DNA from: Pocillopora damicornis
Lineage: Eukaryota
Direction: 5' to 3'
Assembly (NCBI RefSeq): GCF_003704095.1
Contig: NW_020843660.1
Span: 1-64,000 of the forward strand
Length of the DNA: 64,000 nucleotides
Shown: positions 36,079 to 49,746 of the stretch, piece by piece
Numbering within the stretch: position 1 is the stretch's first letter
How the letters are laid out: every line of letters starts with the position of its first letter
Translations under genes and position numbers: made by a program
Notes under the pieces: generated by a model
Databases searched by the model: none
The model's input: the letters and a program-made list of their open reading frames with translations, nothing else
What the model was told of the DNA's origin: nothing

Positions 36079-39000
36079 TCAATTGGTGGGTTTGACATAA
36101 ATGCCCTCCTAAAAGAAAAATGAACAGGTCATTACACCAAGCCACTGGACAAGATTACAATCACTTAACAAGCAACATAAAACTAAACCCCAAAAATTAA
36201 TGACAGGGTAGATTAAAGAAACCTAAAATGTTTACTAGCCGTGGACATAATAAGATTAGATAGTTTTGCAGAAAAAGAAATGAATAACACCACAAGTTTA
36301 ACATGTTTGTTGTTTCCTCGAAATGATAATTTCCTGAACATAAAGTTAGGCAAATAACAGAATGAAGTAAGACACCAGTACTGACCGTTGCCTTCCATTC
36401 ATTTCCTGTTTCAGGATAACTATAACCACTAATTTCCTTTTGACCACTAATGGGCCGGCCAAACTGGTCTCCAGTTACATGCAGATAACTAAAGAGAGAA
36501 AACAAATACAAACAAATAACTAACTGTTTAGGAAGAAAAGTAAAGGAACATGCTTGAATCAGTCTTTGCCCAAAAGCTTAAAAGTTAAAACCCTTGAGGT
36601 TACTCCAAGTTGCAAATTGTTTTCAGTAAAATTAAGGTTACTAACTGGGTATGTAAACTTGCATCCCTCTTCCAAAAAAAAAAATTTTTAAAAATTGAAC
36701 ATTTTCAAATATGCCAGTTCTTGAAGAGAAGGTATTTCCACAAAAGTGACTTAATTTCCACACTGTTATAATCTACACGGGGTGTGAGCTTCCTAATAAT
36801 CCTTTTGAGGCAGATATCATCTGGGAGGGAGTGATGTGGTTTTCTGAAGGGAAAAAGTTCTCAGTTGAATATCAATGCAAGGTCATGACCAAGAAGGGAA
36901 AAAAAGACATGTGAATGTTCAGATGAAAAACAAAAAAACAAAAAAAACAAAAACACACAATATCTTGACAGAAGTGACAAGGGTTGGTGGTTTTTCCAAC
37001 CTTCAAAGATTGAGGAAAACCAGGTTTTTTGCCCTTGGTTTAACCAATATTTGACAACAGAAAATATGTTCATAAAGCTAACATGGGAAAAGGTACTTGA
37101 AAACTATCCCTTTTCCCAGGGAGCTTCATCTTGCTTACAGTGAACATCAGAGGTTCTGCACTTACACTTTAGTAGCTGAATGCTTGAACCTAATTTTATC
37201 CTGTCGTTCCCAAAACTTTGAAGGACAAATAACAGACCAGTTGTCCAAATCATCCCCATCTCCATTTTCACCAAATGCACTCACTTCCTGGTTATGAGAA
37301 ATTGGTGACTGAAAGTGATGACTGTGAAGATTGCGTTTAGTGGCCAGGTGTTGTAATCTTATTGTGCTGCCACACTTAACAGGAGTCCTGGAAAAATAAA
37401 AAGGAATATCTTTCATTTCCTCTTAAAAGTACAGATTTAAGACTTTCATTACTTAGACTGTACCAGTATATTTCTGTTGACATGTCACAATAATTAACCA
37501 GTCCAAGGGTATATCACCAGATTAAGTCTAGTGAAATCTGTAATTGTTGATAAGTTTAAGAGAATGTTTCTCTTTCTGCTGCTCTTTCCCATCTACCATC
37601 CTTTTCTCCCTGCTTTGCATCATGATCTCTAATTATGCCATTACACCACTGTTAACTATAATGACTTAATGCTTAGAGTAGGTTACTTTGGTACTCACCC
37701 TCTTTTGCATGGAGAATCCATTTTCCCTCTCACAACCCAGTAGCTGTTTCCGTCATCCGCACTGTCCACTCCTGTAACAGACTAAAAGTAGCAATATTTT
37801 GTTTAATCAGCAGAAATTCTTAGTCAAATGTATACTGTAGAGATGCCGTCTACAATCGTCTGTCTTGTCATACCTACGTGAGGAAAAAAATTAAGAGAAG
37901 TGATACTGCAGCAGCATTTAAAAAACCCCATTAATGATAGATCTAATAGAGCCAGCCCACTAAGAGTGGAAAATTAGGGTTCCATTGAAGGTGATTTTGA
38001 ACCCCATGTGAAAAAAAGGATAAGTGATTAGGGTGTAGAAAGGCTACATAATTTTTAAAATAGAATGTAATTTCCAACCAAACACTGATACTTTCAAGAA
38101 CTTTAGACGAACTTGTGAAAGGAAATTTGTTACTTTTTCCCTTTAAGACCGTGCAGGACAGCAGGGCTTTTGGCCACAACGAATAGTAGTCTCTACTTCA
38201 AAGCTACAGAACTACGTCAAAATTCGATGCTAACCCTTGGTTCGGTGAGTAATTTTTTAAAAAACCCAGTCTTCCGCTTAACATGCGTATTTCAACAGGT
38301 TGGAAACCGGAAAACCAAACACAAATCAGAAGCGTCCACGCACAGTGCATCTCATTAAAATTAACGCCTGAAGACAAGAAGTAACGCAAGGCGTCCTCTC
38401 CCGCTATCCAGAGTCCCTTTCCATATAATACACTTAAATAAAAATCGTGACATAAATCTAGGTATGTCTGGGGGAAACTATCCCTTTTCTGTCGGTCCAA
38501 TTTTTTCGATGAATACCAACAGTAAGCTCATCAATTGTACTTTGTTTTGGGCATTGAAAGCGAACTTGGAAAAAAACTAGAATTTCTCGATCACAACGAC
38601 AGGGATGTTACAGCAGCTTGGACACATTTTATTTTGAGCGTACACTATCTGCTGTCTTTCCAAACATTCTGCCATAAAATTAACAGAGGAACATCACAGC
38701 AAAACATGCTGAGGATATTTTCAAGAAGGGAGATCATCACATTCGCTCCAACTGACGCAGAACGTACGCTCAATCCTACCTGTTGTCCGCTTCCAGAGCC
38801 ATACTTAACTTCATGGGAATGGAGTCTAACATTGTGCTTTGGATTGACTAGCTTTAAAACACTCCCACAAGTAATATATTTAAATTCTGGAAGAAAAATC
38901 AAACAGCTTCATCATACATTCCGAGTTAAAATGGTTTCAACCTGCTCTGTTTTTTAAATTATTTTGTCTACTTACTTACCTCTAGAATCTCCTTGTGAAC

Positions 39001-39109
39001 GACCGCATAGCAAAGAAGCTATGCTCATCAACAAATAAACGTATTTTACAATATTAGTTCCACTGACTATTCGAAAAAAGTAAAGGAAATTAGGTACTGT
39101 CACGGCCAT
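36079..39109 (-). CDS. SDF2: Stromal cell-derived factor 2 (MIR-domain ER protein), ~224 aa
   Basis: Exons: 39109-38980, 38886-38780, 37781-37699, 37387-37166, 36488-36386, 36108-36079; 675 nt. Motifs ITCGSVLKL, VRLHSHEVKYGSGSGQQSVTG, CGSTIRLQH, NLHSHHFQSPIS, QEVSAFG, FGRPISGQKE, EGIYVKP. Confidence 0.93.
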
Positions 39110-40570
39110 GATGAAATTTCGAAAAGACACGCAAAGGGCATTAAACCTCGCTTTGGCTCGTCAGACTCGTTCTCGTGCACTAAATAGCTATTCCGCGGGT
39201 CGGGTGGGATGTTTGTCCGGGATGTATTATGTATTACAGTATCAAGGGATTTTGGTCTAATGGCACTTCACTGATCAAAGTTATCAAAATATTTTACCGT
39301 TCAAATTGTGTCGCACCTTTTATCATAATTTTGTCAATAAGGTGATACTTAATGAGCATAAGTGGCATTGATTTGGGGAGTAATGGTGGTAATCTGCAAA
39401 ATTTATATCAAATCTGGCACAAGGTATGGTTTTGTTTGGGTATAAATGGGCCGTGGACATCAAAGTTACCACTGCACACACCTGCCTGGAAATGACAGGG
39501 GATTCCTCTGGCCAGTTAATTTTTCAGATACCCTAGATTTGACTATTCTGTAAAAAAGATAATGGCAAGGTAGAGATTACTGGTGAATGACCTGACTCTA
39601 GAAAAGATGGAAAGAAAGGAGAAACTAGATAAAAAATGGTCAGATTCCAAAGTGAGCTGATCATCTTATTGCTAATGAGCTAATAATACTGGTGAGGTTG
39701 AGATCTGCCTGAAAGTACTTTAATGAACACAAATTGAGAGCATTGCTGTCTGATGTTTACTCTATGTCAACCCTAGCTAGAACCAAAAAACATACATTTT
39801 TTTTATGATTTTAGCATTAACATATATGCACATCTTTCTCCCTTGAGAATGATCATGGAGGTAAGCCTGATTACAAACCAGAGTGGGCTTCAATGTGAAT
39901 TACTGACATATTGGTTGTGCACTAGCCCCATACTTAAGTTGCTGAAAAGACACATCAAAGGTAAAATTGAGGTCACTGATTTAAACCCAAATAAAGGCTT
40001 GAATTTTATAATATTGATTTCATGTTGCAACTAAATTCTATCATACATCCAACCCAACATTTTCATGAGTTCTTATTTGAAATAATTTATTTTATTTGGA
40101 ATTCCAGCTAAAGGTAATTTTTATATTTTGCTTTGAGTCTCCTCAGAAAAGGGAGTAAAATAACACATGCTTGCAGTCTGCATCAATTATTAAATCATCC
40201 TCAAACTAGTTATTGTCCACTTATTGAATAAGAAAAAATATCTTTAATATCTCTTTTTCTTCATGTTTTACAGTGTCATTACTTTGCCTACATCATCCCT
40301 TTTTATAACATTAATTTGCTTTTTCCTTCTAATCTATGAATAATAAATTACAACTTTTGATATAAGTAGAAAAAAGCTGAAAAGTGAATAGTCTTCTCCT
40401 CTCATAAACCCCAACCAAAAGCAAATTGGCATTAACAAATTAAACTTTTCACACAATTTGAAGTGGAAAAAAAATTTTTTAAAGAACAAAAAGCTGTGCT
40501 TCATCTGTATCCATCTCGACACAAGAACTATGCAAAAAAAGTTTTTTCATTATTCTTGTACCAGTATGTG

Positions 40571-43237
40571 TCATCTGGTTCGTCTTTCTCCTTTCTGAGT
40601 TCTTTTCCTTTCCTTTTCTTTCCTCTCATCTGCTTTTTGTTTTTGCTTCTCCTTTGCTTCTTTTATCTGTTGTTTTCTCTGTTCACTTTCTTCCTTCATC
40701 TTATCTCTCTTGTCTTTCTCTTTATCTGCTACAGATTGTGTATTCATATTTTTTACCATTCCTGTTAATTTAGAGAAGTTGCGAGGCACTGTTCAAATAT
40801 TGCTCTATAATGCTCATGTGCAATGACATTTTTAAATCTTTAAACATGTTCTTCATCAGTTATTTGATCACTGATGCCCAGCTGGTGGGCAAGTTGACCC
40901 TTGCTGTCTTTACAAACTCAGGTGCTCTTAGTGAATAATAAATTAATACCTTGACAGTCAGAAGTGATCAACATCCAACTTAGTCTTAAATTATTAACAC
41001 AAAGGCAAGCAAAGACATAATTGGCGTCCACAAACTTATGGTTTAACCCAAATATACCACAGTAAAACAGAGAGGATATTAGGTAAAGGAGGATTTTTAC
41101 AAAAAGCAAAAACAGAAACAAATTTTGTTCATCCATGTATGGAGATGAATCTAACCATGCCAATTATCTAGAAGTTGATAGAAATAGAAAAAGTTTATCT
41201 GACTAATCCAGCAATATAACTTTTAAAATCCATCCCTTGGCTCCAGATTACTCCACCAGATTTAAAGATAAAAATGTAAATTATCAGTGTTTGAGAATCA
41301 AAGAGCTGTTGATACAAACCTAAATCCTTCTCAGCAGAAGAACATGAAGCTTGTTCATCATCACTCTCAGTAGTGGTAAAAGGTTAAGGACGTCTAATGA
41401 GTAACATCCAACAAATAATAATTTATATCATTTAATTTTACTATCAATACTCTGGGCAAAAATTTTCACTGCAAATAATTAGTAAGTTCCATTATAAATT
41501 TCTAGAGCCAAATATTAGTGAACAACATGAAGTTTCTTTGATCAAATTCTTAAACATATTAGCATAATAGAAAAAAAAGAATAGTATGAAAAACATGTCA
41601 AATACAATATGGAAATAAGAGATACAGAAGGGCCAACTGCAAATAAAACATCAGAAAGGACTATAGTGACATGGTTCATACCTAACTGAGATGTTTAATA
41701 TTTCATAGCACTATAATGACATAACCTCTTAATGCAAGCTTGAATAACTATAAATCAATACCCCATTTTTAATAAAAAATTCTTTGACTGGCAAATTTTC
41801 ACAAACCATTGGATCATATTTCCTGTAAGCATGATTTGAGGCCTTCCTTTTCCACCCTTTTCTCTGATAAAAGTGACATTCAAGCATACATTGATTAGAA
41901 GAAACATGATGTACATCTCACACATGTTAAAACAGAAACAAAAAGGATATCAGTAGTCTTCATCTGATTCATGTCCATACTGAGCAAGCAAGAGCTTCTT
42001 AACTTCCCTGTCAGCATCAGCCTGGGTGGATTTTCTTGAAGACACTGTTGAGGCTTGTTTCTCCATTATTTCAGCAAGTCTGTTCTGTTTTTCTGTTGCT
42101 TTCTGTTCTGTTTGTAGATGAAGTGTAAATAAGATTTTACATCCAAACTTCATGTACCTCATTGACAAACAACATGTACCTCGTTCAAGATTTTATCAAT
42201 TGAAAAGCAGTTATGTAAGATCATCAAAATTCAATTACTGCATTTTCATTAAAACATAGAGGACGTCAGATTGCTTGTTCAAAACAATCAAAGAGTAAGC
42301 GAGGAAGTGAATGATAGGGGACAATCCCTCAGTAATGTAGAAACTACTCCACCACTTTCTTCACTTGAACCCTTTGGCTGGTGTGTTAATTCAACAGATG
42401 GGTCACTCTGGGTATAACTGGATGGCTAATATTGCAGCAATTTTCGTGGGTCAGTTACTTTGAACAAAATATTTATCTGATCTATTTTAGAGTTATAAGC
42501 TTATGATGATCTGTGTGACAGTTACTTCGAAGAAGTTATTGATTTGTCTTCACTTTCATCTTTGTTCATCTTTTGCAGTCTTTTTGTTAATACATAAGAA
42601 ATCGACTAGTAGATGGTCTTTTAAATCTCAAACAAAATTAATTGTTTTCCTAAGGAACAGTCATTTCATGTTGATTATTATTAATTCATATTTCAAAGTT
42701 ACTCCACTTGTTTGCCAAAATGATTGCCTGGTTGTTTTTCATTAGTACCTTTCTCGAGTTCCTTTTCCTGTAACACTTCTGCCCTTGATGTTCTCCATCT
42801 TTCAATGACTTCATTGCAGAGGTCGTTCAGAGGATATTGCTGCAATTTCAAAATGTTTTCACAAAGCTGGAAATCTATTAAATAGTCACAAGAATTTTGA
42901 AAAACAACAGAAAGATCTCGCCGTACCCAAGAATGGCAGCTACATAATCTCCAATTTAAAACAAAAATTCCCGTAAGATGATAGATACCAATAAGGTCGG
43001 GCTAAATTGATGGTTGAGGTTCCCCATACACGTGCCTCACGCACCTCACCGAGTATTTCTTACCGTCATTCCGTCTAAAATACCCTTGAGTGCGTCTTTG
43101 CGATCTTCGTCCGTATCCTCAGAATCTAGTACTCCTGTGATATAGCTTCCAAATACGTCTTCATCGAGGCCTAACTGTTTCATACGAGAGCTAAGCCATT
43201 CTTCAAACGCCTCTTCTTGTGTTGCTCCGTCCGCCAT
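40571..43237 (-). CDS. CCDC43: Coiled-coil domain-containing protein 43, ~221 aa
   Basis: Exons: 43237-43064, 42839-42749, 42107-41951, 41372-41320, 40761-40571; 666 nt. Intron 3 is AT-AC. N-terminal FEEWLSSRMKQLGLDEDVFGSYITGVL, internal LLAQYG, C-terminal KEKERKRTQKGERR match CCDC43. Confidence 0.88.
41373..41950 (-). other. U12-type (minor spliceosome) AT-AC intron
   Basis: 5' splice site ATATCCTTTT at 41950. Branch site TCCTTAAC at 41390-41383. 3' end CAC at 41373. Splicing restores the frame. Confidence 0.88.
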
Positions 43238-44564
43238 CTTGAGATCCTGAGCAATTCCGCTTCCCACCCTGACTGCGTCTTCAGGTTCCCGAAACCTCAC
43301 TAGGGTGACATGCTGACCCGCAAAGAGTCCCGTCATGTCATCAAACATCTGAAATAAACGCAGCATCAAAGTCAGTTAAAAGTCTACAGGAAACACCTCA
43401 TTTTGAAAACTTTAGAGCCTATAAAATCTTTTTGAGACTGATGAAGAGCTAATGCTTGACGCTACAGCTGTAGAAGCTCCTCACAATGGTTTATTTACAT
43501 TATAAACCAAATTATCTCTTTAATACCTACCTTCATGGGTGCTCAGAATTAGGCATTACCAGGAGTCTATCACTGACTAAAAAATCAATAACACCTCCTT
43601 AGTATTCCATCAGTTTAAAACTTGAGTAGCTCCCCCATGCATGTAGAATGTTTGTGTTTTCATTTTCTCTTATTTAGCCAAGGGAGGTATGGGTGAAAGA
43701 TGTTATCAACAGACACATGTAGGATTGTCTCTAACCGAGAAAGTCTTTGTTCTTAGTCATAGCCATGGAAGAGACTTACATACATGGCTAAGATACCGGA
43801 ACTCAGTTCTGTAAAAGCCATCAAATGGACAACTATGACACAATTTGAGAATTATCACAAAACAAAGCCAAACCAATACCTTGTTATATGCACACATGAA
43901 GCAACTCTCAACTCTTAACCCTTAACCAACAAATGGCTCTGTAGACCCCTAAAAATTATCATTCATCTTTTCAATATTTATTCCAAAGCTTATTCACAAT
44001 GATTATTTGTATCAATACAAGTATTTTTGAGCATAATGACAATCCCGCTTGTAAGAGGATTTTCCCCAGTTTCTCTCATGAGTCTTGTTGTTTGGCACCT
44101 TATTTGGAGAGGCATGAGTCTATAGAATCTGTCTAGTGTGAGGCTATATCTAATGCAATCGAAAGGTAACTTTTCTAATCATTATTTTAGCCTCATTTGA
44201 TGTTATTTTCATGATGAGGAGACGGAGTCCATGTCTCAGTGGCACGAAAGTTCTGTGAAATTTCTGATCCGTTTGTATCTTAAATAGTAGATTGAAAGTA
44301 TTCTTGTTTAATTGACCCCTTAAAAAAAGGTTCTGTACAATTGCCAATTTAGTCAAAACTCACAAGAGTTTCTTTATTTAAAGTAAAATAGAGATCCTCG
44401 CCATGGTTTCGTTATTGACAATCCTGTTGTTGTTCTTGAGGTCACTTGCGGGCGAACTTGCTGATGACATGGCATATATGATGCCTTCTTTATCTAGATA
44501 ACGTACTGAGAACACTTATGTTATCTTCATCTTGACCGTCACCAAATCTCTTAACTAATCTTTA

Positions 44565-44969
44565 TCATCCTCTGGCATTCGCTAAAACCCAAACCCACAC
44601 AGAAGCATCACAACCGAGGCCCAATAGGAATATCCATAGAGGAATAAACACCACGAAATACGATGCAGTTATGATATCCTCAAGTCTGCAACACAGTATA
44701 ATAATAAAACTAAGTTTTGCAGCAACCAGGAACAAGAACCAAAACTTCCTTGCGATGGTAAAACGATTCGGGTCTACGCCATCTTTTAAGTGACGACAAA
44801 TTCGAAGCATAATGTAAAAAATCACTAAGCAATCAAAGATCAGAAATGGTATGAAGATGATGAACCAGAACCAGTCTGTTTCTTTATCCAGTCGAATGAC
44901 TAAGAAGATTAAAAAAAGAAGAACAACACTCCATATGCCAAGAACTCTGTAAAATGGAGTATTCGCCAT
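44565..44969 (-). CDS. TMEM60: Transmembrane protein 60, single coding exon, 134 aa
   Basis: Four hydrophobic segments; LVIRLD...WFWFIIFIPF, CCRLE, SYFVVFIPLW. Typical of the TMEM60/TMEM185 family at TMEM60 length. Confidence 0.85.
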   Translation of the reverse strand: MANTPFYRVLGIWSVVLLFLIFLVIRLDKETDWFWFIIFIPFLIFDCLVIFYIMLRICRHLKDGVDPNRFTIARKFWFLFLVAAKLSFIIILCCRLEDIITASYFVVFIPLWIFLLGLGCDASVWVWVLANARG

Positions 44970-45351
44970 GTTCTAGGTACACCTCAAGATCCAAGTTACA
45001 AATCAAAAAACTGTTATGATACCGCTGGTTATAAGCACAGTGGTTTCCATTTTGGCTGATTTCAATTCTGAGCCCACGAAAATTTGGCTTCTTTTCAGCG
45101 GTATAACCACCGAATAATAACAAGGGGCCAAACTATGTTATCGTCCTCTCAGACGCCAGCGAACGCGCCAGCGTTAACTCGCCACGTTGCCGGACGTTCA
45201 TCAGCGGACCGCTGGTGTGCAACACTTACTTGTTGGTTGGGGATATCTCAATGACAATTGATCATTCGTCAAATAAACTCAGAAAAAGCCTTATCCAGAA
45301 ACAGACGCAGCCGTCAAAAATTACTGTTAGTACGGGAAATCCTTGAATATA

Positions 45352-47978
45352 ATGGAGACTTCAGCCGAACAAGCTGAAGAAATCGAAGCGTTAATAGCTA
45401 TTTATGATCAAGATTTTATTGTCATCGACGAAGCTAACAGAATCTATGAAATCCGCATTTGCCACCAAAGTGATTCCTGGTGGTCAGCTACTCTGCAAGT
45501 CCTTTTACCGCCACAATACCCAGACCGGGTTCCCCCTGTATTCGAAATTCATTCCGCCTGGATGAGTGATGCTGATATGTTTGAAGCCTCAGACTTGTTA
45601 TATACCATTTACCGAGAACATCAAGGTCAGATTATAATTTATCAGTGGGTAGAGGCCTTGAGGACTTTCATTGATAAAAAATTTAATGATCAAGAACCGA
45701 TTGATGCCAAAGGATCGAGAAGTGATGTTTCCCTTAAATATCACGGTAAGCCAATACTTTTTGTCCGTTTTTATTGGGAGGTAATAATTACAAAGAAAGA
45801 TTTTGGAAGCTAAGAGTAGGGATGATGCAATTACTCGATATTATTTCTTAATTTATGCATAGGCAAAGTCCACAGAATGAAATTTCTTTGTTTGCGAGCC
45901 TAGTTGGAGGTGGCTTGAATTAGTTTCAGTAATTAATATAACAAAAGTGATCATAATAGATATCAAAAGGTAAGTATACAAAACTGACATGCATGAGTGA
46001 TGCAAATCAATTTGTTTTAATTTCAAACATCTTATTTTGAGAATTCTAATTGCGGTGCCGATGAAATACTCCTAAAGTTTTCACATCAACAATTTTTAAC
46101 TATGGTGATATCTCTTTCTGTAGTATTCAATTTTCCAGCAAAGCCCCTCAAATTCATTGGAACATTGCACTTCAAAATAAATAATTTGATTCAATATTTA
46201 GAGTAGTCTACATTAGAATTGATCCACTTTAAGTTTGTAGATAAGGTATGTGGGGAAATTATGGTCATTCTAGAGACTAATAGCAAGACTGTGATATTGA
46301 TATTTCTGTGTAATGTTTTTGAGACTTACAACTGTAAGGGAAGGTACGTTTTTTCTTGGGGGGGGAGGGCTGGGGAATTTTGGTATTTTTTCCAAAAGAA
46401 AGTGTTGGCCCTCCCTCATGTTTTGATTAAAAAACTCCTGACCCCCCCCACTTTTAGGTGACTGACAAAAGTGTGACCCTCCCCTCACTACCACATGGTA
46501 TGCTCTATGCCATAGAAACCTCAGAACATTTTTCGACATTTTGCTTGTATTTTGCTTTGGAGCTACTACAAAAGGCTAAACAATGAGTTGAAAGAATTTT
46601 CCCTCGCCAAGGAAATGCTCCCAAAAGAAAGTCAAGAAAGCAGAAGCAGAATCGCCGTAAAGCCGATAAATGCAAATGCCAACGCTACGCAGAAAATGAA
46701 AAGTCAATTAAAACAAGAATTTTAAACATTGATGAAGAAACTCTGAATGACGAAGACTATGTAATAGATCATGGAGATTTGGAGATGAGGGTTGTGAAGG
46801 CTCATATTGGAAGTAAGATTTTGACTTCAATTGTGCAGGAAAAACAGACAAACATTCCGCTAGCCTCTGACTCAAATCCAGTGACAGTGACAGCAACAGG
46901 GTAGAGGGCATTGTTGGATCTTCTAGTAACTCTTCAGAGCTTAATGACTCAGGAGATCAGGCAGTGGATAGACAACAGCTGGAACAAGAAACCATACCCG
47001 AGTCAAGTACGTCATGATACGGATGGAAAAGGACATGAGTACTCCGAGAAAATTATGTGCCATGGAATAATATACATGTAGACACCCAGTAACCTTATAA
47101 AACTAGTATCTGCACCGAATTAAAAGAAACAAGTTGAAAAGAAAATACTTAGTCTGTTAAAGAAAAATGGAAAATAACATCACAAAAATTTCCATTAAAA
47201 ATTCTGGAAAAGGTGTGACCCTCCCCTTGAATAGCTGAAAAAGAGGGTATGGCCCTTCCCCTTTGGTGCTCACTTTCACTGATGACCCTCCCCTCTGAGG
47301 CCCCAGCCCTCCCCCCCCCAAGGAAAAACGTACCTTCCCTAATACAGATCCTTGTTTGCAGCGTTGACTGTTTTTCTTTTCTTTTTTTTTTTGATCATAT
47401 AATCTGACTTAGGTGAGAACATCAAATTATCAGAAACAATTGAAGATGGTGATTCTGAGAAGGATCAGACAGCAAATCTCAGTTGCAATGGTGAGGATGC
47501 TTTGAAATTAATCAGGAGTGAAAGATCAGACCTGTGCCCAGAGATTACTCATGGGGAACCTTTTACAGACAGGAAAAGTACTTTTCAAGCACATCTTGCT
47601 CATGTTATAATACTGGATCAAGTTTCAGGAGTACTACAAGAGTTAAAGAAAAACCGGAAAGTAAACAATGCTACCCACAATGTTATGGCATATAGAATAT
47701 TTTGTAAGGACCGAAACTGTTTTCTTCAAGACTGTGATGATGATGGTGAGGCAGCAGCGGGCTCAAGACTTTTACACCTGTTACAAATATTAAATGTCAG
47801 AGATGTTGTTGTTGTGGTAACCCGTTGGTATGGTGGGATTCTTTTAGGGCCTGACAGATTTAAGCATTATAACAACTGTGCACGGAATTTAATGAAAGAT
47901 GCAGGCCTCATAGATATCAGTCCACAGTTTAAAGAATCAAAACTCAAAAGTAGATTTAAACCAGGGAAAAGACAATAA
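45352..47978 (+). CDS. IMPACT: Protein IMPACT (RWD + UPF0029 ancient domain), ~319 aa, 2 coding exons
   Basis: Exons: 45352-45745 and 47413-47978; 960 nt. RWD: EEIEALIAIY, QYPDRVPP, IIYQWVE. C-domain: DRKSTFQAH, ATHNVMAYR, DCDDDGEAAAGSRLLHLL, VVVVTRWYGGILLGPDRFKH. Confidence 0.95.
46338..47339. mobile_element. 1.0-kb non-autonomous PIF/Harbinger-type DNA transposon in the IMPACT intron
   Basis: TIRs of ~37 bp: GGGAAGGTACGTTTTTTCTTGGGGGGGAGGGCTGGGG and CCCCAGCCCTCCCCCCCCCAAGGAAAAACGTACCTTCCC. TAA duplicated at 46335-46337 and 47340-47342. Subterminal TGACCCTCCCCT repeats. Confidence 0.82.
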
Positions 47979-49746
47979 TGAGTTAGATCCCATTGCTGTT
48001 TGGTGGGTCAATTTTATGTAGATTTGCGTAAATTGTTGTTATATCTTCCACTGTTCCTTCGGGTGTCTTAGGTACATATGTAGTGACAAAATTTCATTTG
48101 TACCCATATTTTAAAGAAAGAAATTGCTGAGATAAATATGTATGCCCACAAGTCAAACTGATGATAAGTTTGATGTTGTGTCAGTTTTGTAGCAGCCTCG
48201 TGTCATTAAAAACTGTGACTGAAGAACATGTTCTTGCTTGAGATAACTTCAAGGTGATTCCTCCGAATTGCAATGGGCATGAATTTCACATAATCAGGCA
48301 AATAACTACGTACATGTTCCAAGAACATGGTATTGCTTTTCAGTCAATGGACTATGTAAAGATGGTCTTCAGCCCTTGAACTAGTACAATGAACTACGTC
48401 GTTATTGTGTAATTTTGGCATGCAAATTATCCCCTGTAGATTGCAGAAAATAAAAATTATATTGGGTGAAAAAAGATGTGGCTAAATGTATCCACAATGG
48501 CCATTACTTTAAGATGCAAGTTATTACCTGAGAGCAACAACTTGGGGAGGGTTTTTGAGTTAATGATGTTTAAAATTGCATTATTTTCCCACAAACTATA
48601 TTTCACATTGTTTTATACAGTTGAAACGTTTTACATATCATGTCTTTTCATGTCACATTTTCTTTAAAAACCCCTTGCAAAATTTATTGTGAATTGATGA
48701 ATGGCTGTATTTCATTAACCTGAACAGAGACAATGGAAGTCACTTGATGATAACTTCTGTTAGGTTTTAAGCTGTACAAGTATGTTGCCTGAAGGGAAAT
48801 TCTCAGTTTAAAAACAGGCATTGATTTCGACCATCATGGTTTTAAATGGGGTATGGTTTGCAAGCAATCCTCAGCAGGGTAAGAATGGATAGCAAAGAAA
48901 AATAATTGCAAAAATGTAATGCTTAATTTGCCTTCAATAAAGCTACTAGGAAATTTGTATCAAAAATGACAGAAAGTGAGAGGGGATTTTAAAGGCTGGT
49001 GTGTGAAATGGGTGTGGAAAATGGCATGTTTTGGTTGGAAATAGGATCAGGCTTTGGATTACTGAGAATTACACCCACACTTAGAATCCTATAGAGCATT
49101 TCCCTCAGGATGTGGTGGTGGCAATAATTAATTTATAATTATCAGCACACTTACTCTATGTGGCAGTTTATTGACAAGAGTAAAATATTTGCTATACCTT
49201 TGAAATTTACTGATTGTATGGACACTATTACTAGTGCTGTGTTTTTTGTTTGCACAGCCCAGATGTTAACTCCAAAATAAAACATGACAAGATTGCTACT
49301 GAACCTCAAGTACTAGGAACAGTTTGGAGAAGCTTTTTACTTACTTCCAATTCTCCATGTGAAAAGTCACATGTTGATCTTGACAGTAACCTGTAACTCA
49401 TTACCATTATTAGGATTCAACTGCAGCTCAACGGTAAATTTGTGTCCCCCAAAAAATTGGAAGAGTGTATCAGTTTGAGAGCCAGTACAGTGAAAATGTC
49501 ACTTTAAAAATTCAGCCAAAGTATAAAGGTCAGAAAAATCTGTAATTAAAACCTAGAGTTAAAACTTTTGTGACTTAACTAACAGGAGTACTCCTTACAT
49601 TTAGTCGTTTCCTTCGTTACAGTTAATAAAAGAAATAAAAAAATAATGCTCGCTACTTCCCTCTAAGAAAATGTAAAATAATTTTTAAAACTGATTCCTA
49701 GCAGAAATGTTTCTTCAATATATATCTGTATGCTTTATCAGCCCCT

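Noticed and set aside
41948-41953. In-frame TGA in CCDC43 as a selenocysteine codon or pseudogenising stop
   Set aside because: The TGA straddles a perfect U12 AT-AC donor, and splicing restores a full-length protein.
43438-43475. CTGATGA-containing hammerhead candidate (and its relative at ~6490-6520)
   Set aside because: The GAAA core and stems are degenerate; treated as decayed repeat copies.
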